From NCBI GenBank assembly GCA_963767735.1, contig CAVYES010000005.1, positions 96,001 through 160,000 of the forward strand: a stretch of DNA of 64,000 nucleotides, in the 5' to 3' direction. A program made the translations under genes and the position numbers. Source of the stretch: Candidatus Bathyarchaeota archaeon. Lineage in GTDB: Archaea > Thermoproteota > Bathyarchaeia > Bathyarchaeales > Bathycorpusculaceae. The notes beneath the pieces were generated by a model that was not told the origin of the DNA, made no database searches, and saw only the letters and a program-made list of their open reading frames with translations. How positions within the stretch are numbered: the stretch's first letter is position 1; each line of letters starts with the position of its first letter. Below, piece after piece: positions 49,174 through 59,494 of the stretch.

Positions 49174-49665
49174 TTGACTGATATGGTCGTACTTGCTTTT
49201 GATAGTGAAGGTGGAGCAGACATGGGAAGGGAAAGGCTGGTAGAATTAAACAATGATTACCAGCTTAACCTCGTTAATGCGGTTGAAGTTGTCAGGCACA
49301 GAGATGGCAAAATCAAAATAAAGGATATTCGCAGTCTAACAGGCATCGGAGCATTAGGCGGAGCTTTCTGGGGAACACTTTTCGGTCTCCTATTCTTCGT
49401 TCCCGCCCTCGGACTCGCCGTCGGAGCAGTCTCAGGCGCCATCGCAGGCCACTTTGCCCACTTCGGGGTCAGCAAAGAATATTTGAAGCAGATAGAAACC
49501 TCAGTGGTACCAGGAACCTCAGCCCTTGCAATCCTAGCCTCAGACGTTACCGTTGACAAGGTCGTTGAGAAGCTTAGCCCACTGCATCCAAAAATTATTC
49601 GCAGTTCACTATCAACTGAACAAGAAGCAAAACTAAACGAAGCCTTCGGCTCAATCACAAAGTAA
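49174..49665 (+). CDS. DUF1269 family protein
   Basis: GALGGAFWGTLFGLLFFVP, PGTSAL, SSLSTEQE. Confidence 0.85.
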   Translation: MTDMVVLAFDSEGGADMGRERLVELNNDYQLNLVNAVEVVRHRDGKIKIKDIRSLTGIGALGGAFWGTLFGLLFFVPALGLAVGAVSGAIAGHFAHFGVSKEYLKQIETSVVPGTSALAILASDVTVDKVVEKLSPLHPKIIRSSLSTEQEAKLNEAFGSITK

Positions 49666-49758
49666 CACCCTAAATAAATCTAAACACCCAAGAAATCGAA
49701 CTTCTTGGATCCCCCTTTTCTTTGAAGTTAAACGTAAGAAGAAATCGGCATTGGAGTA

Positions 49759-50445
49759 GTGCTTATGTATACACGAGTTTCAAGCCAAAATAAAATAATC
49801 AATAACTATATTCAGAAAGTGTATCTCTGGCTGTTTGGAGGCATGTTAATAACTGGTATTACAGCTTATTTGGTTTCGTTGGACCCAGACATTTACAATG
49901 CGATATTAGGTAATGACTTTTTCTTTTATGGAATAATAATTGCCCAGTTTGTAGCTATCATTACCATTTCTGCTTTTATAAAGAGAATACCTGATAGTCT
50001 GGCGGAAATAACATTTGGATTGTATTGCTTTCTCTCAGGGCTTACCCTTTCAATAATTTTCTTAGCTTTTTCAATAACCTCCATAGCCTACGTAGTTTTA
50101 ATTACCGCCGCTATGTTCGGCTTCATGAGTCTTTACGGGTATGTAACAAAAACAGATCTTACCTCATTAGGTAGCATTTTAACAATGTGTCTAGTTGGGA
50201 TTATTTTAGCATTAATCGTTAATTTGTTTATTATGAATTCGCTTCTTGACACTATACTCAGTGTTTTGGGAGTCCTCGTTTTTTCTGGGTTTGCGGCACA
50301 TGACACACAAAACATCAAGAATACTCTGATTTATGGTGATGGCGATCTTATAAAAAAAGAAATATTGGGAGCCCTAAATCTCTATTTGGATTTCGTGAAT
50401 CTCTTCTTGGACCTCCTCGATTTATTTGGAAAACGGAGAGATTAA
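49759..50445 (+). CDS. Bax inhibitor-1/YccA family membrane protein
   Basis: YGYVTKTDL, DTQNIK, ALNLYLDFVNLF. Confidence 0.9.
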   Translation: MLMYTRVSSQNKIINNYIQKVYLWLFGGMLITGITAYLVSLDPDIYNAILGNDFFFYGIIIAQFVAIITISAFIKRIPDSLAEITFGLYCFLSGLTLSIIFLAFSITSIAYVVLITAAMFGFMSLYGYVTKTDLTSLGSILTMCLVGIILALIVNLFIMNSLLDTILSVLGVLVFSGFAAHDTQNIKNTLIYGDGDLIKKEILGALNLYLDFVNLFLDLLDLFGKRRD

Positions 50446-50700
50446 TCTATTCTCGAGAAGAAGAAACTGCTTATTTAAGATGGTTTTCTTCTCGATTCAC
50501 CTAGTGGGACAATAGACATAGCAATTTAAAAACAACCGTTTCCCATACAAACTTCCATAATTAACGGCTTCGCTCTTGGATTCGTTTTGCAAAGGAAACT
50601 TTTTAAACATTTTGACCTAATTTTCGGAACAGCCACGCGCCACGATACTTTCTGAAAGTAGTAAATGGGATTAATTTGATAACCTCTGCTTTGTCGAGTA

Positions 50701-50871
50701 TCATACAAATATTCCTGCAATAATAATAGCTATCCCAAGAACAGTCCTTGCGTATCTTTCTTCGTCGAACCAAGCGTTATGATGCTGCCCACCTTTTACA
50801 AGTATGCTCCCGATTCCGTCAGCTACTATTGCTATTCCTGAAGCCATAAAGAAATAATTAAAGTAGTTCAT
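50701..50871 (-). CDS. Small membrane protein (56 aa, not in the ORF track)
   Basis: MNYFNYFFMASGIAIVADGIGSILV..RTVLGIAIIAGIFV. Confidence 0.4.
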   Translation of the reverse strand: MNYFNYFFMASGIAIVADGIGSILVKGGQHHNAWFDEERYARTVLGIAIIIAGIFV

Positions 50872-51107
50872 ATAAGCCACCTACCTGCATGACTAAGTTT
50901 TCATATACTACTCTATCGCAAATACACTTCTTATGGTTAGTTGCTATTTTTCTCTTTTTTTTGCGAACCGATAAGCTTACATTTAATCCTTGTTCGCTTA
51001 AGGTCCTCCAAAAATTTACCCCATAGAGAAGAAGCCAGAATATGAAAGAGTGTGTATTTGCTCTGATCTAAACACCAAAGACAAATGAATAATCAACCAA
51101 ATTCAGG

Positions 51108-51644
51108 TTACTTTTTCTTGTTTGTTTTCTCTTCTTTTCTCTTTTCTAATTCTCTTTTTATATTTTCTTCATTGACGAATTCATCTAAAAATTGTTTGAG
51201 GTTTTCATGCAGCTTTTTTGCTGGTTCTCTAAACTTTTCTGTTGTTTCTGAACTCGGCTGGAAAAAGCCATATTCCGTTAGATAAAAGTTAACGCTTGAA
51301 TAATCGCCTGCCAAAGCTGAGTCAATGGTTTTTTTGCCCATTTCACGGCAAGCCCAATATCTGTGGTGGCCATCCAAAACAGCATAAAGATCTATTCGGG
51401 GATGTTTAACAACAACTATGGGATTTATTTTTTCGTTGTTTGCTATCTTTTTCTTATAGAATTCTACCCCTTCCCTTGAAACCTTTGTATCAGCAACAAT
51501 TTTCTCAATAGGTAATGGCCGTGCATATTTGCTTGGGTTAATAAAAACGTCTGGATTAATTTCAGGCTTTATTTTTGTAAGACCAAGAATATCTTTTTTG
51601 ATTGAAGTCCAAAGATTCTTTGAAATCTGGCGGAAACTCATCAT
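51108..51644 (-). CDS. ParB/Srx-like domain protein
   Basis: PIVVV..VLDGHHRYWA. Confidence 0.8.
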   Translation of the reverse strand: MMSFRQISKNLWTSIKKDILGLTKIKPEINPDVFINPSKYARPLPIEKIVADTKVSREGVEFYKKKIANNEKINPIVVVKHPRIDLYAVLDGHHRYWACREMGKKTIDSALAGDYSSVNFYLTEYGFFQPSSETTEKFREPAKKLHENLKQFLDEFVNEENIKRELEKRKEEKTNKKK

Positions 51645-51854
51645 GCTTATTTGTCATGCTGGATAATTAATTTTTTCTATAGTCTGTAGCGCGGTGCATA
51701 AGGATCGCATTTATTTGCTTCGAGCGGAGCAATCCTTCCTCTTGGGTTCAATTTTCCCTGGCGGACCTGAACATTGCCTTGTCAAATATCTTTGGTACTT
51801 GAACCCGAAGCGATTTGGAACCTTGAATGGGGCTGCCCGTCCCCAAACCCGAAA

Positions 51855-51872
51855 GAGACTGTGTGAAAAGTC
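51855..51872 (+). mobile_element. Isolated IS1182-like terminal repeat
   Basis: gagactgtgtgaaaagtc; 16/18 identical to the reverse complement of 7531-7548. Confidence 0.4.
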
Positions 51873-52039
51873 AAATTTGTTTTAAAAAATTGCGTCTTAT
51901 ATGTTGAAAAAGTTCCTAAAGCCATTCCATTTGCGTGTAAATATAGCAGCTTTCTGAAATTGAAATTAGTTTTCACTCACCTATGTGAAGTCTCTTATTT
52001 AGCTTACCTTTTCCATGTTTCGCTTCCACTTAATTCCCC

Positions 52040-52169
52040 ACTTTTCACTTCAGTCGATTGAGGCATACACCTATTCGCCCACACTAAAGAGGCAATATGG
52101 CTACGCATCCAGGCTTCCTCAATCAGTCTGACGTCCACCAAAGGGGACAGTGTGAAAAACGAGGAAAGT
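52040..52169 (-). ncRNA. Candidate bridge/seek RNA in the 3' non-coding end of the IS110 element
   Basis: Stem gattgagg/cctcaatc (52056-52063 with 52117-52124); 9-mer shared with the other element end. Confidence 0.45.
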
Positions 52170-53159
52170 TTAGGCCTGATCGTAATACGGGCGCTTATTC
52201 TTCAACACCGAATAACAACACAACAACAACTTACGAGCAGCCGCCACCGTAGCAGCTCTCGTACCCCTTCTTTCTGCTATTCCCTGATACGCCCTCGTAA
52301 TGGAAGTATCATACTTATGCACGTGTGTCTGAGCGGCTTCCACCATCACCCAACGCAGCCAACGGCTGCCCTCCTTAGTGATCCCGCCATGCCTAACCAC
52401 CCCGCCGGAAGCATAAGTAGACGGCACAAGACCAGCATAACCACAAAGCCTCTCCCCAAACGGAAAACGGTTAACATCGCCAATCTCACTTTTCACTAGC
52501 AACGCAGAATAATAACCAATTCCCGGAACAGTCATCAAAAGCTTTACATCCTCATCTTCCCTAGCCAAACCCTCAAGCTGCCTAGAAAGCACTTTTATTT
52601 CCTCATCAAAAATCTCCATGATCCTAAGATAAGAATCAACAGACTCAAACTTCAAAGAACCCAACCACTCAACCCCCTTCCTAGAGAATAAACCATGTTC
52701 CGAAGGCCACTTAATTCCCTCATACGTCAGAAAACTCTTAATCTTCACACGAAGTTTGACACGTTCTCGGACCAAGAAAGCCCTTCGCCTCACTTTCTCT
52801 CGCAAATCCGACGTTTCTTTGCTTGGCATGTAAGCAAGCGGCAACGCATCCAACCTCGCTAATTCCGCAATAACTTTTGAATCAACCCGGTCGCTTTTAA
52901 TCCTAGCCTCCGCAATGTAACGCGTCTTCTTAGGATGAGAAACCACAACATCAAATCCTTCGATTACCAGCTGTCTATAAAGCGACGCTACCGAGGTGGA
53001 AGCCTCCATCGCCACCTTATCAACCTTAAAATGCGAAAGGTATGATAGCACTTTCTCATTGATCATTCTCGTTTGATTGATTATTTTTCCTTCAGTATTC
53101 AAAATAGTCGCATAAGTACTATCCTTATGCACGTCCAACCCGCAAACAACGGCGCTCAT
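52170..53159 (-). mobile_element. IS110-family transposase (intact)
   Basis: DEDD: GLDVHK, MEAS, KSDRVD; TVPGIG; YAGLVPS..SGG; AAARKL. Confidence 0.93.
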
Positions 53160-53219
53160 AGTATGGCGTGAGCGCCGCCCGCCCTTAACACTTCCCATAC
53201 CATCAGTCTGTGTTGGGAG

Positions 53220-53294
53220 TGGGCCGAGCCGGACTTGAACCGGCGACCTTTGGCTCGTAAAGCCAACGTCCTAACCAAGCTAGACGACCGGCCC
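53220..53294 (-). tRNA. tRNA-Val (TAC), intronless, CCA not encoded
   Basis: Full cloverleaf gggccggtcgtctagc..ttggc-ttTACga-gccaa..ggttcaagtcc..cggccca; TTAAA box upstream. Confidence 0.95.
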
Positions 53295-53510
53295 GCACAT
53301 TTTGGTACTCTGAAGCTTGGTTTAAGCTGTTTTGATTAAGCAATTGCGATTGGTTAATATTAGAATTTTGCTTTGAGATTTTTCTGTTCTCAGTGAACCG
53401 AAGGATTTATGGTGGTTTGTTTAAGGGTGGAGGGGGTTGGTTGGTTCGTTTGTATTTACTACTGATCTGAAGCGTTGTAATTGATTTGATTCAGCGGCTT
53501 TATCGAGGAT

Positions 53511-53638
53511 ACTCGACTTTTTTTGACTATTTTTGACTTATGCTGACTTTTTTTGACTAATTTTGACTCAACCTGCAAACGTTTTAAGCCCTGAAACAAA
53601 AAACCAACCCAAAATAAACTGATCAAAAATGGCAGCAA
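53511..53638 (-). repeat. Leader + 6x10-bp phased array, module D (core AGTC on minus strand)
   Basis: GACT at 10-bp spacing 53511-53570; 53569-53638 is an inverted homolog of 59495-59564. Confidence 0.8.
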
Positions 53639-53799
53639 AACTGCTTGTAACAACAAAACAACAAAATTAAAACAACACCGTCGATAGAGCACAAAAACTT
53701 AAACCGCAACTAACATTAACTAAAAACCGCCTGCTAAATACAACCTTAGAACTTAATTTATATACTAAGTTGAACTAATTTTTTGTAGGTGAATACGTT

Positions 53800-54261
53800 T
53801 TGGTTTCTGAAAAGCTTTTAGAGTTTCTAAACAAAGGTATAGCCCGCGAACTTCAAGTCAGCATACAATACATGTGGCAGCACGTCCAAGTTACGGGTAT
53901 TGACGGCGCCGTCGTGGAAGACGTTTTCCGCAAGACAGCTATTGCCGAAATGAAACATGCCGAACGCCTCGCAGAACGCCTAGACTACCTAAACGGCGTA
54001 CCCACAACTAAACCTAACCCGATTTTCGTCAGAGGAAGCCTCATCGAAATGCTCACCCAAGACGAGCGAGACGAAGAAGACGCCATCAACCTCTACAAAC
54101 AAGCCATTCAGGCAGCCGCCGAAGAAGGCGATTATACCACGCGGCGAATGCTTGAAGAAATTCTTGCGGAAGAAGAAAACCACATCAACACTTTCGGCAA
54201 ACTCCTCGCGCGCATGACTGAGCCATTCACACAGCCGGAACCCGAATCTCAAATGGAATAA
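53800..54261 (+). CDS. Bacterioferritin/ferritin-like di-iron protein
   Basis: ELQVSIQY, EMKHAE, EEDAI, EENH. Confidence 0.88.
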   Translation: MVSEKLLEFLNKGIARELQVSIQYMWQHVQVTGIDGAVVEDVFRKTAIAEMKHAERLAERLDYLNGVPTTKPNPIFVRGSLIEMLTQDERDEEDAINLYKQAIQAAAEEGDYTTRRMLEEILAEEENHINTFGKLLARMTEPFTQPEPESQME

Positions 54262-54480
54262 CCAAAAGAAAGCGGTTGCTGCTTACAATAGCTTCGTAAG
54301 AATCATTTGTAATTAACACGGCTTACACAACAATTATTTTTGCTTTTTTTTTATAAGTTAAGTTGCTACTATTCAGGGTTTCAACGTTTCGCGGCTTCTG
54401 ATATAAAAAAAGACGCTTTGTGAGCTTATACGCTTTATAGCAGTATGCATATATGAATGTAAGAAGATGAGTTTTATTCT

Positions 54481-56295
54481 ATGGCGCCAGGTTCAGATAA
54501 TCCTATATCTTTAAGATGCCCTGTTTGCGGAATCGAGATAGATACAGAGAATCTGCCGACAAAAATCGAGGGAGCATGCGAAAGTTTCGGCGGGAAAAAA
54601 CACTGTTTCTGCAGTGAAAACTGCCGACGACACTTCCTGGAAGATCCCCGAATTGCCTACTTCTCGATGGAAATAGGCGTATCCAGTAAAATGCCAACCT
54701 ACAGCGGCGGCTTAGGCGTCTTAGCAGGCGACATCGTGAAATCCAGTGCAGACTTGCGGCTCCAGATGGTTGCCATCACGCTTGCAAGCAGAAAAGGTTA
54801 TTTCAGGCAAAAATTAACCGAGCAAGGGGACCAACTTGAGTTAACTGACGAATGGGACCCAGCCAAAACCTTAACCCGCATGCCCAACACTGTCACGGTA
54901 ACCATCGAAGGACGCTCAGTCAAAGTGCAAGCTTGGCTCTATGAGTACCAGAGCATCACTGGCGGCATGGTGCCAATTATGTTTCTAGACACCGACATGG
55001 AAGAAAACATCGCTGAAGACCGAAGGATCACAGATTTCTTGTACGGCGGCGACAAAATCTACAGGCTCAAACAAGAGATCGTTCTGGGCATAGGCGGCAC
55101 CAAACTCCTAAAAACACTGCCCTTCAAAATCAGAAAGTACCACATGAACGAAGGCCACTCAAGCCTGCTAACTCTTGAACTGCTGAAAGAAAACGGCATG
55201 GACGCAGAAAAAGTCCAAAACCTCTGCGTTTTCACAACGCATAGCCCAGTGGAAGCCGCATTCGACCAATTCTCATATGACCTTGTCCAACAAGTGCTAG
55301 GCAAAGAATACTTGCTGGCTGACATGAAGCAATATGCAGGAGAAGAAAACCTGAACATGGCTTTTCTAGCACTAAACTTAAGCAAATACATCAATGGTGT
55401 CTCCCTAGCACACGTCGATTATTCCAGAAAACTTTTTCCGGGACGCTACATCCGAGCCGTCACCAACGGAGTTCACTCCCACACGTGGACAAACCTGTAT
55501 TTTAGACAGCTCTTCGACAAATACATTCCTGGCTGGGCAAACGAGCCCATATTGCTTGCAAAAGCCAGCGAAATCCCCAACGCAGAAGTTTGGGATGCCC
55601 ACATCAAAGCCAAAACGGACCTACTGTCTTTCGTTGAAAAAACTAATGGGGTAAAGTTGGATTCACAAGCCTTGACAATCGGCTTCGCTAGAAGAGCTAC
55701 GGGATATAAACGTGCAACCCTGATTTTCTCCGACCTACACAGGCTAACAGACATCAATCGAAAAGAAAAAATCCAAATGATATTTGCGGGAAAAGCACAC
55801 CCAAACGACACGGACGGCAAGAGACTGATAAGACAAATCCACGACTACGCAAATGCATTGAAAGATCAAATTAGCGTAGTTTACCTGGAAAACTATAACA
55901 TGGACATCGGAGCCAAACTTACCTCAGGCGTTGACGTTTGGCTCAACACACCCTTACCGCCCTTTGAGGCTTCTGGAACCAGCGGCATGAAAGCCGCCCA
56001 CAACGGCGTCATCAACTTCAGTGTCCTAGACGGCTGGTGGATGGAAGGCTGTATCGAAGGTGTAACGGGATGGGCAATAGGTCCTCACCCCAGAGAACTG
56101 TTGATTGAAAGAGAAAGAAGAGAACTGGAACTTCAAGACCTCTACAGCAAACTCGAATACCTAATCCTTCCAACATTCTACAGGCAAAAAGACGCTTGGA
56201 TAACCCTGATGAAAAACTCTATTGCAAAAATAGCATATTACTTCCAGACGCAATGGGTCGTGCGAAGATACATCACGGAAGCCTACCTTATTTAA
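54481..56295 (+). CDS. glgP: Alpha-glucan (glycogen) phosphorylase with N-terminal YHS/TRASH-like domain
   Basis: YSGGLGVLAGD, NEGH, TNGVH, FARR..YKR, EASGTSGMK; N-terminal CPVCG..FCSENC. Confidence 0.92.
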   Translation: MAPGSDNPISLRCPVCGIEIDTENLPTKIEGACESFGGKKHCFCSENCRRHFLEDPRIAYFSMEIGVSSKMPTYSGGLGVLAGDIVKSSADLRLQMVAITLASRKGYFRQKLTEQGDQLELTDEWDPAKTLTRMPNTVTVTIEGRSVKVQAWLYEYQSITGGMVPIMFLDTDMEENIAEDRRITDFLYGGDKIYRLKQEIVLGIGGTKLLKTLPFKIRKYHMNEGHSSLLTLELLKENGMDAEKVQNLCVFTTHSPVEAAFDQFSYDLVQQVLGKEYLLADMKQYAGEENLNMAFLALNLSKYINGVSLAHVDYSRKLFPGRYIRAVTNGVHSHTWTNLYFRQLFDKYIPGWANEPILLAKASEIPNAEVWDAHIKAKTDLLSFVEKTNGVKLDSQALTIGFARRATGYKRATLIFSDLHRLTDINRKEKIQMIFAGKAHPNDTDGKRLIRQIHDYANALKDQISVVYLENYNMDIGAKLTSGVDVWLNTPLPPFEASGTSGMKAAHNGVINFSVLDGWWMEGCIEGVTGWAIGPHPRELLIERERRELELQDLYSKLEYLILPTFYRQKDAWITLMKNSIAKIAYYFQTQWVVRRYITEAYLI

Positions 56296-57196
56296 AGCCA
56301 AATACCAGTCAGGTTGCTTGCCTACATTAAAGATTGAGCAAAAAACAAAAATAAATATGAAGGTTTTTCCAAATTCACCCGAACTATAATTTAAAGCCTT
56401 AAACTAGCGCGAATTAATTGATTGAGGCACATCTCGCTTTGTCATAACAAAATCCAGCAAAAAACATATACAGTTTTCTGATTCATATTTTTGTTTCATA
56501 AGCCTTATTTTCGTTGAATGCGCAAAATATTACGAGCAGCTTGAAAAGCTGTCAAAGCTGTGTCAAGGCTACAAAAAAATTGGATGTAGTTTAAAATGGT
56601 CGATAACAAAATTGTTGAAAAATGCAGAATTTGCTCGAAACGCAACACATGTAATTTAGAAGATTGCGATTTGGAGGAATACCCCTCTGCATTCTATCGG
56701 GACTCTGATTAAAAATGGATAGAAACATTAAGCGCGGTTGCGGAACATGCGTAGAGTATAACGCAAGCTACAGTATTTGCAGTGATGTTGATGTTGGCGG
56801 CGAAAAAAACCCATTTTTAAGCTATGAGAATTGCCCTAAATGGCATAGCAATTAAGCTATAAAGCTGAAACTGTCAGATGGATATGGAAAAAACAAAGTG
56901 AAGCCTTCAGAAAAGGCTTGTTTGTGTCTTTAACTATTTGTATCGACGAGATGGGCTGTGCCGTCTGGACAAAAAACTTTCTCGCCTAAAGAAACCTGGC
57001 TGAAACGACGTTTACACTCAAAAAGTTGTCTTTCACATCCGTCACAATCACGAGATAGCATTTATACACCTCACTATGACACGTGTCATAAGTTGCTTAT
57101 ACGACTTTCCACACCCACAAACCAAACCGCATGCTCTGCGACGCTACAGATTGAATACGACAATTCTATAAGGGACTGTTCCCAAAAAGTATTGGT

Positions 57197-57520
57197 ATGT
57201 CCGTTTGCCCGAAATGTGGCGAGAAATGCGAAGAAGTTACAGTAGATTACGAATATCACGGTATTATCCTCCGTAACGTTAAATCTCTCCGATGCCCCGA
57301 CTGCAAAGAAGAATTGTTCACCCTAGAACAATATGATGCGATACATGACCGACTGCGAAATGTTATTCAACCCCTAAAACTCAAACGGAAAATAAGCACG
57401 GCAGGAAAAAAACCCATCATCTATCTGCCTGAAGACGTAGTTAAAGCGATAAACGCCAAGATAGGTGATGAAATAGACATCTACGTTGACGGCAAAAAAA
57501 TAATTATTGAAAAACATTAA
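57197..57520 (+). CDS. YgiT/MqsA-type zinc finger fused to an AbrB/MazE-like domain (antitoxin-like)
   Basis: CPKC..CPDC; IYLPEDV..IGDEIDIYVDGKKIIIEK. Confidence 0.75.
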   Translation: MSVCPKCGEKCEEVTVDYEYHGIILRNVKSLRCPDCKEELFTLEQYDAIHDRLRNVIQPLKLKRKISTAGKKPIIYLPEDVVKAINAKIGDEIDIYVDGKKIIIEKH

Positions 57521-57554
57521 TTTTTCAAAATAAGAAGAAAAGAAAGTTGTCGAT

Positions 57555-58901
57555 TTACCGAAGTTTCATTAGAACCATTTCTGCAGCTAGGACCATGGGT
57601 TCCCAGGTTTCGCATAGTGGCGGCGCATATGCGGTGTCTGCTTTGGCTAGTTCGCGTACGGTCATGTTTTTTTGGATGGCGAAGCTGAGGCAGTTTATGC
57701 GTTGGGTAACTTCTTCTCCGCCTATGACTTGGCCGCCTATGATGCGTTGGGATTCTTTCTCGACGACGAGTTTGATTTTGATGGGTTTGGCGCCTGGGAA
57801 GTAATCTGCCTTGGTCTTGCTGCTTATGGCTCCCGTCACGACTTCTATGCGGTTGCGTGCGGCAGCTGCTTCGGTTAATCCTGTGTTGCCTGCTTCAATC
57901 TCAAACAGCCGCGTTACAGCCGAAGCCAAAATGCCCGAGAACAGCGAGTAATCGCCACCAGCGTTTGCTCCAGCAACTTTGCCCTGCCGAACCGCAATAG
58001 TGCCAAGTTGAGCGCACATAGGTCGATGCGTGATGATGTTTGGCGCTTCAGCGCAGTCACCAACAGCATAGACGTCTCTTACGTCCGTTTCCATGCGTGC
58101 GTTAGTCTTAATCGCACGTGTCTCACCCAACGGGATTCCGGCTTCAGCTGCGAGTTTGGTGTTGGCTCGCACGCCAAAAGCGCTGATGAACATGTCGGCC
58201 TCGATTTTTTCTCCGCCAGCCATGACCGCGGTTACTTTGTCTTCTCCTATGAATTCTTCGACGCCTTTGCTGGTCAGGATATGCATCCCCTTTTCCTCCA
58301 AATGGTCCTGAACCAGCTTTGCCATGTCCGCGTCAAGCAACTGAGGCAGAATCTGCGGCAACATCTCTACAATAGTGACTTTCAAGCCTTTCTCCATCAA
58401 GCCAACGCCCACTTCTAAACCGATCAAGCCTGCGCCCATAATAACGGCTGATTTCGCGCCCGCTTTAACTGCCGCCTCGATCTTTTCGCCGTCTTCGATG
58501 CCGCGGAGGCTTAGGATTCCCGGTTTTTCTCTTCCTTTAATAGGCGGCATAAACGAGTCAGCGCCCGTTGCAATTACCAAGCTGTCGTATGGCAGAGCCT
58601 CGGTGGCTCCTGGCTTGTCAACAACGGTAACGGTTTTCTCTTTAGTGTTAATCGAGGTGGCTTTTGTTTCGTTACGCAAATTCAACTTTAGCATTTGGAA
58701 GTATGCTGGTGGATAAACGATTAAATCGTGAAAACTTTGGATTTGCCCGCCGATAACAAAGGGTAAACCGCAGCGGGAGTAACCGGCATTTTTCTCTTGG
58801 GTAATTAAGGTGATTTCAGCTGTTCGGTCTTTTTTGCGTGCGGCTGAGGCTGCTTCAACGCCTGCTGCGTTGGCGCCGATAACAATTATTCGTCTGGGCA
58901 T
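57555..58901 (-). CDS. CoA-disulfide reductase/NADH oxidase family flavoprotein
   Basis: GANAAG, YSRCGLP single Cys, GAGLIG, YAVGD, YAPP. Confidence 0.88.
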   Translation of the reverse strand: MPRRIIVIGANAAGVEAASAARKKDRTAEITLITQEKNAGYSRCGLPFVIGGQIQSFHDLIVYPPAYFQMLKLNLRNETKATSINTKEKTVTVVDKPGATEALPYDSLVIATGADSFMPPIKGREKPGILSLRGIEDGEKIEAAVKAGAKSAVIMGAGLIGLEVGVGLMEKGLKVTIVEMLPQILPQLLDADMAKLVQDHLEEKGMHILTSKGVEEFIGEDKVTAVMAGGEKIEADMFISAFGVRANTKLAAEAGIPLGETRAIKTNARMETDVRDVYAVGDCAEAPNIITHRPMCAQLGTIAVRQGKVAGANAGGDYSLFSGILASAVTRLFEIEAGNTGLTEAAAARNRIEVVTGAISSKTKADYFPGAKPIKIKLVVEKESQRIIGGQVIGGEEVTQRINCLSFAIQKNMTVRELAKADTAYAPPLCETWEPMVLAAEMVLMKLR

Positions 58902-58916
58902 CTAGCTTCCTTCTGA

Positions 58917-59327
58917 TTATTTGTTTTGAGCCTTATGCCACTCAACAGCTTTGTCGAAGTCCATGATGTTAGCGAGTTCAGCTTGCAAGTTTGAAGGTTT
59001 AACAACGAGTAACCAGCCTTTCACGTATGGATCCTCGTTTAATGTTTCTGGTTTCGATTGGACTTCATCGTTGACTTCCTCGATTGACCCACTTACGGCT
59101 GCAACCAAGTCTGAAACTGCCTTAACAGACTCCAATGTTCCATATGGCTCATCTTGCTTCACTACCGTTCCGATACTGGGCAATTCAGCGTAAACGATTT
59201 CTCTAAGAGACTTCTGCGCATAGTCCGTGATGCCCATGCGAACTTTGTCTCCTTCAATTTTTATCCACTCAAAATCTTTAGAATAATAAAGACCCTCAGG
59301 CACTTCATACGCTCCAACTTTAACCAT
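58917..59327 (-). CDS. gcvH: Glycine cleavage system H protein
   Basis: GITDYAQ, lipoyl-Lys ESVKA, NEDPY..GW. Confidence 0.93.
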   Translation of the reverse strand: MVKVGAYEVPEGLYYSKDFEWIKIEGDKVRMGITDYAQKSLREIVYAELPSIGTVVKQDEPYGTLESVKAVSDLVAAVSGSIEEVNDEVQSKPETLNEDPYVKGWLLVVKPSNLQAELANIMDFDKAVEWHKAQNK

Positions 59328-59494
59328 GACTTTAACCTTCCAAATACTGATAATATCAAGTTTAGATTTCAAGCTTAAAAAAGCTTTCATAAAGAGAAAA
59401 GGGGGTTTAGTTTGGCTGCTGTTTTTTGTTGGTTTGACGGGTTTTTTGGATTAAAAATTTAAGTTGCGACTTTTGTTTTGGTGTAAGTTGCGAC

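Noticed and set aside
53459-53692. Paralogous small membrane proteins at 53459-53692 (-) and 59495-59695 (+)
   Set aside because: The similarity reflects the T-rich non-coding leader; there is no RBS and homology stops at the arrays.
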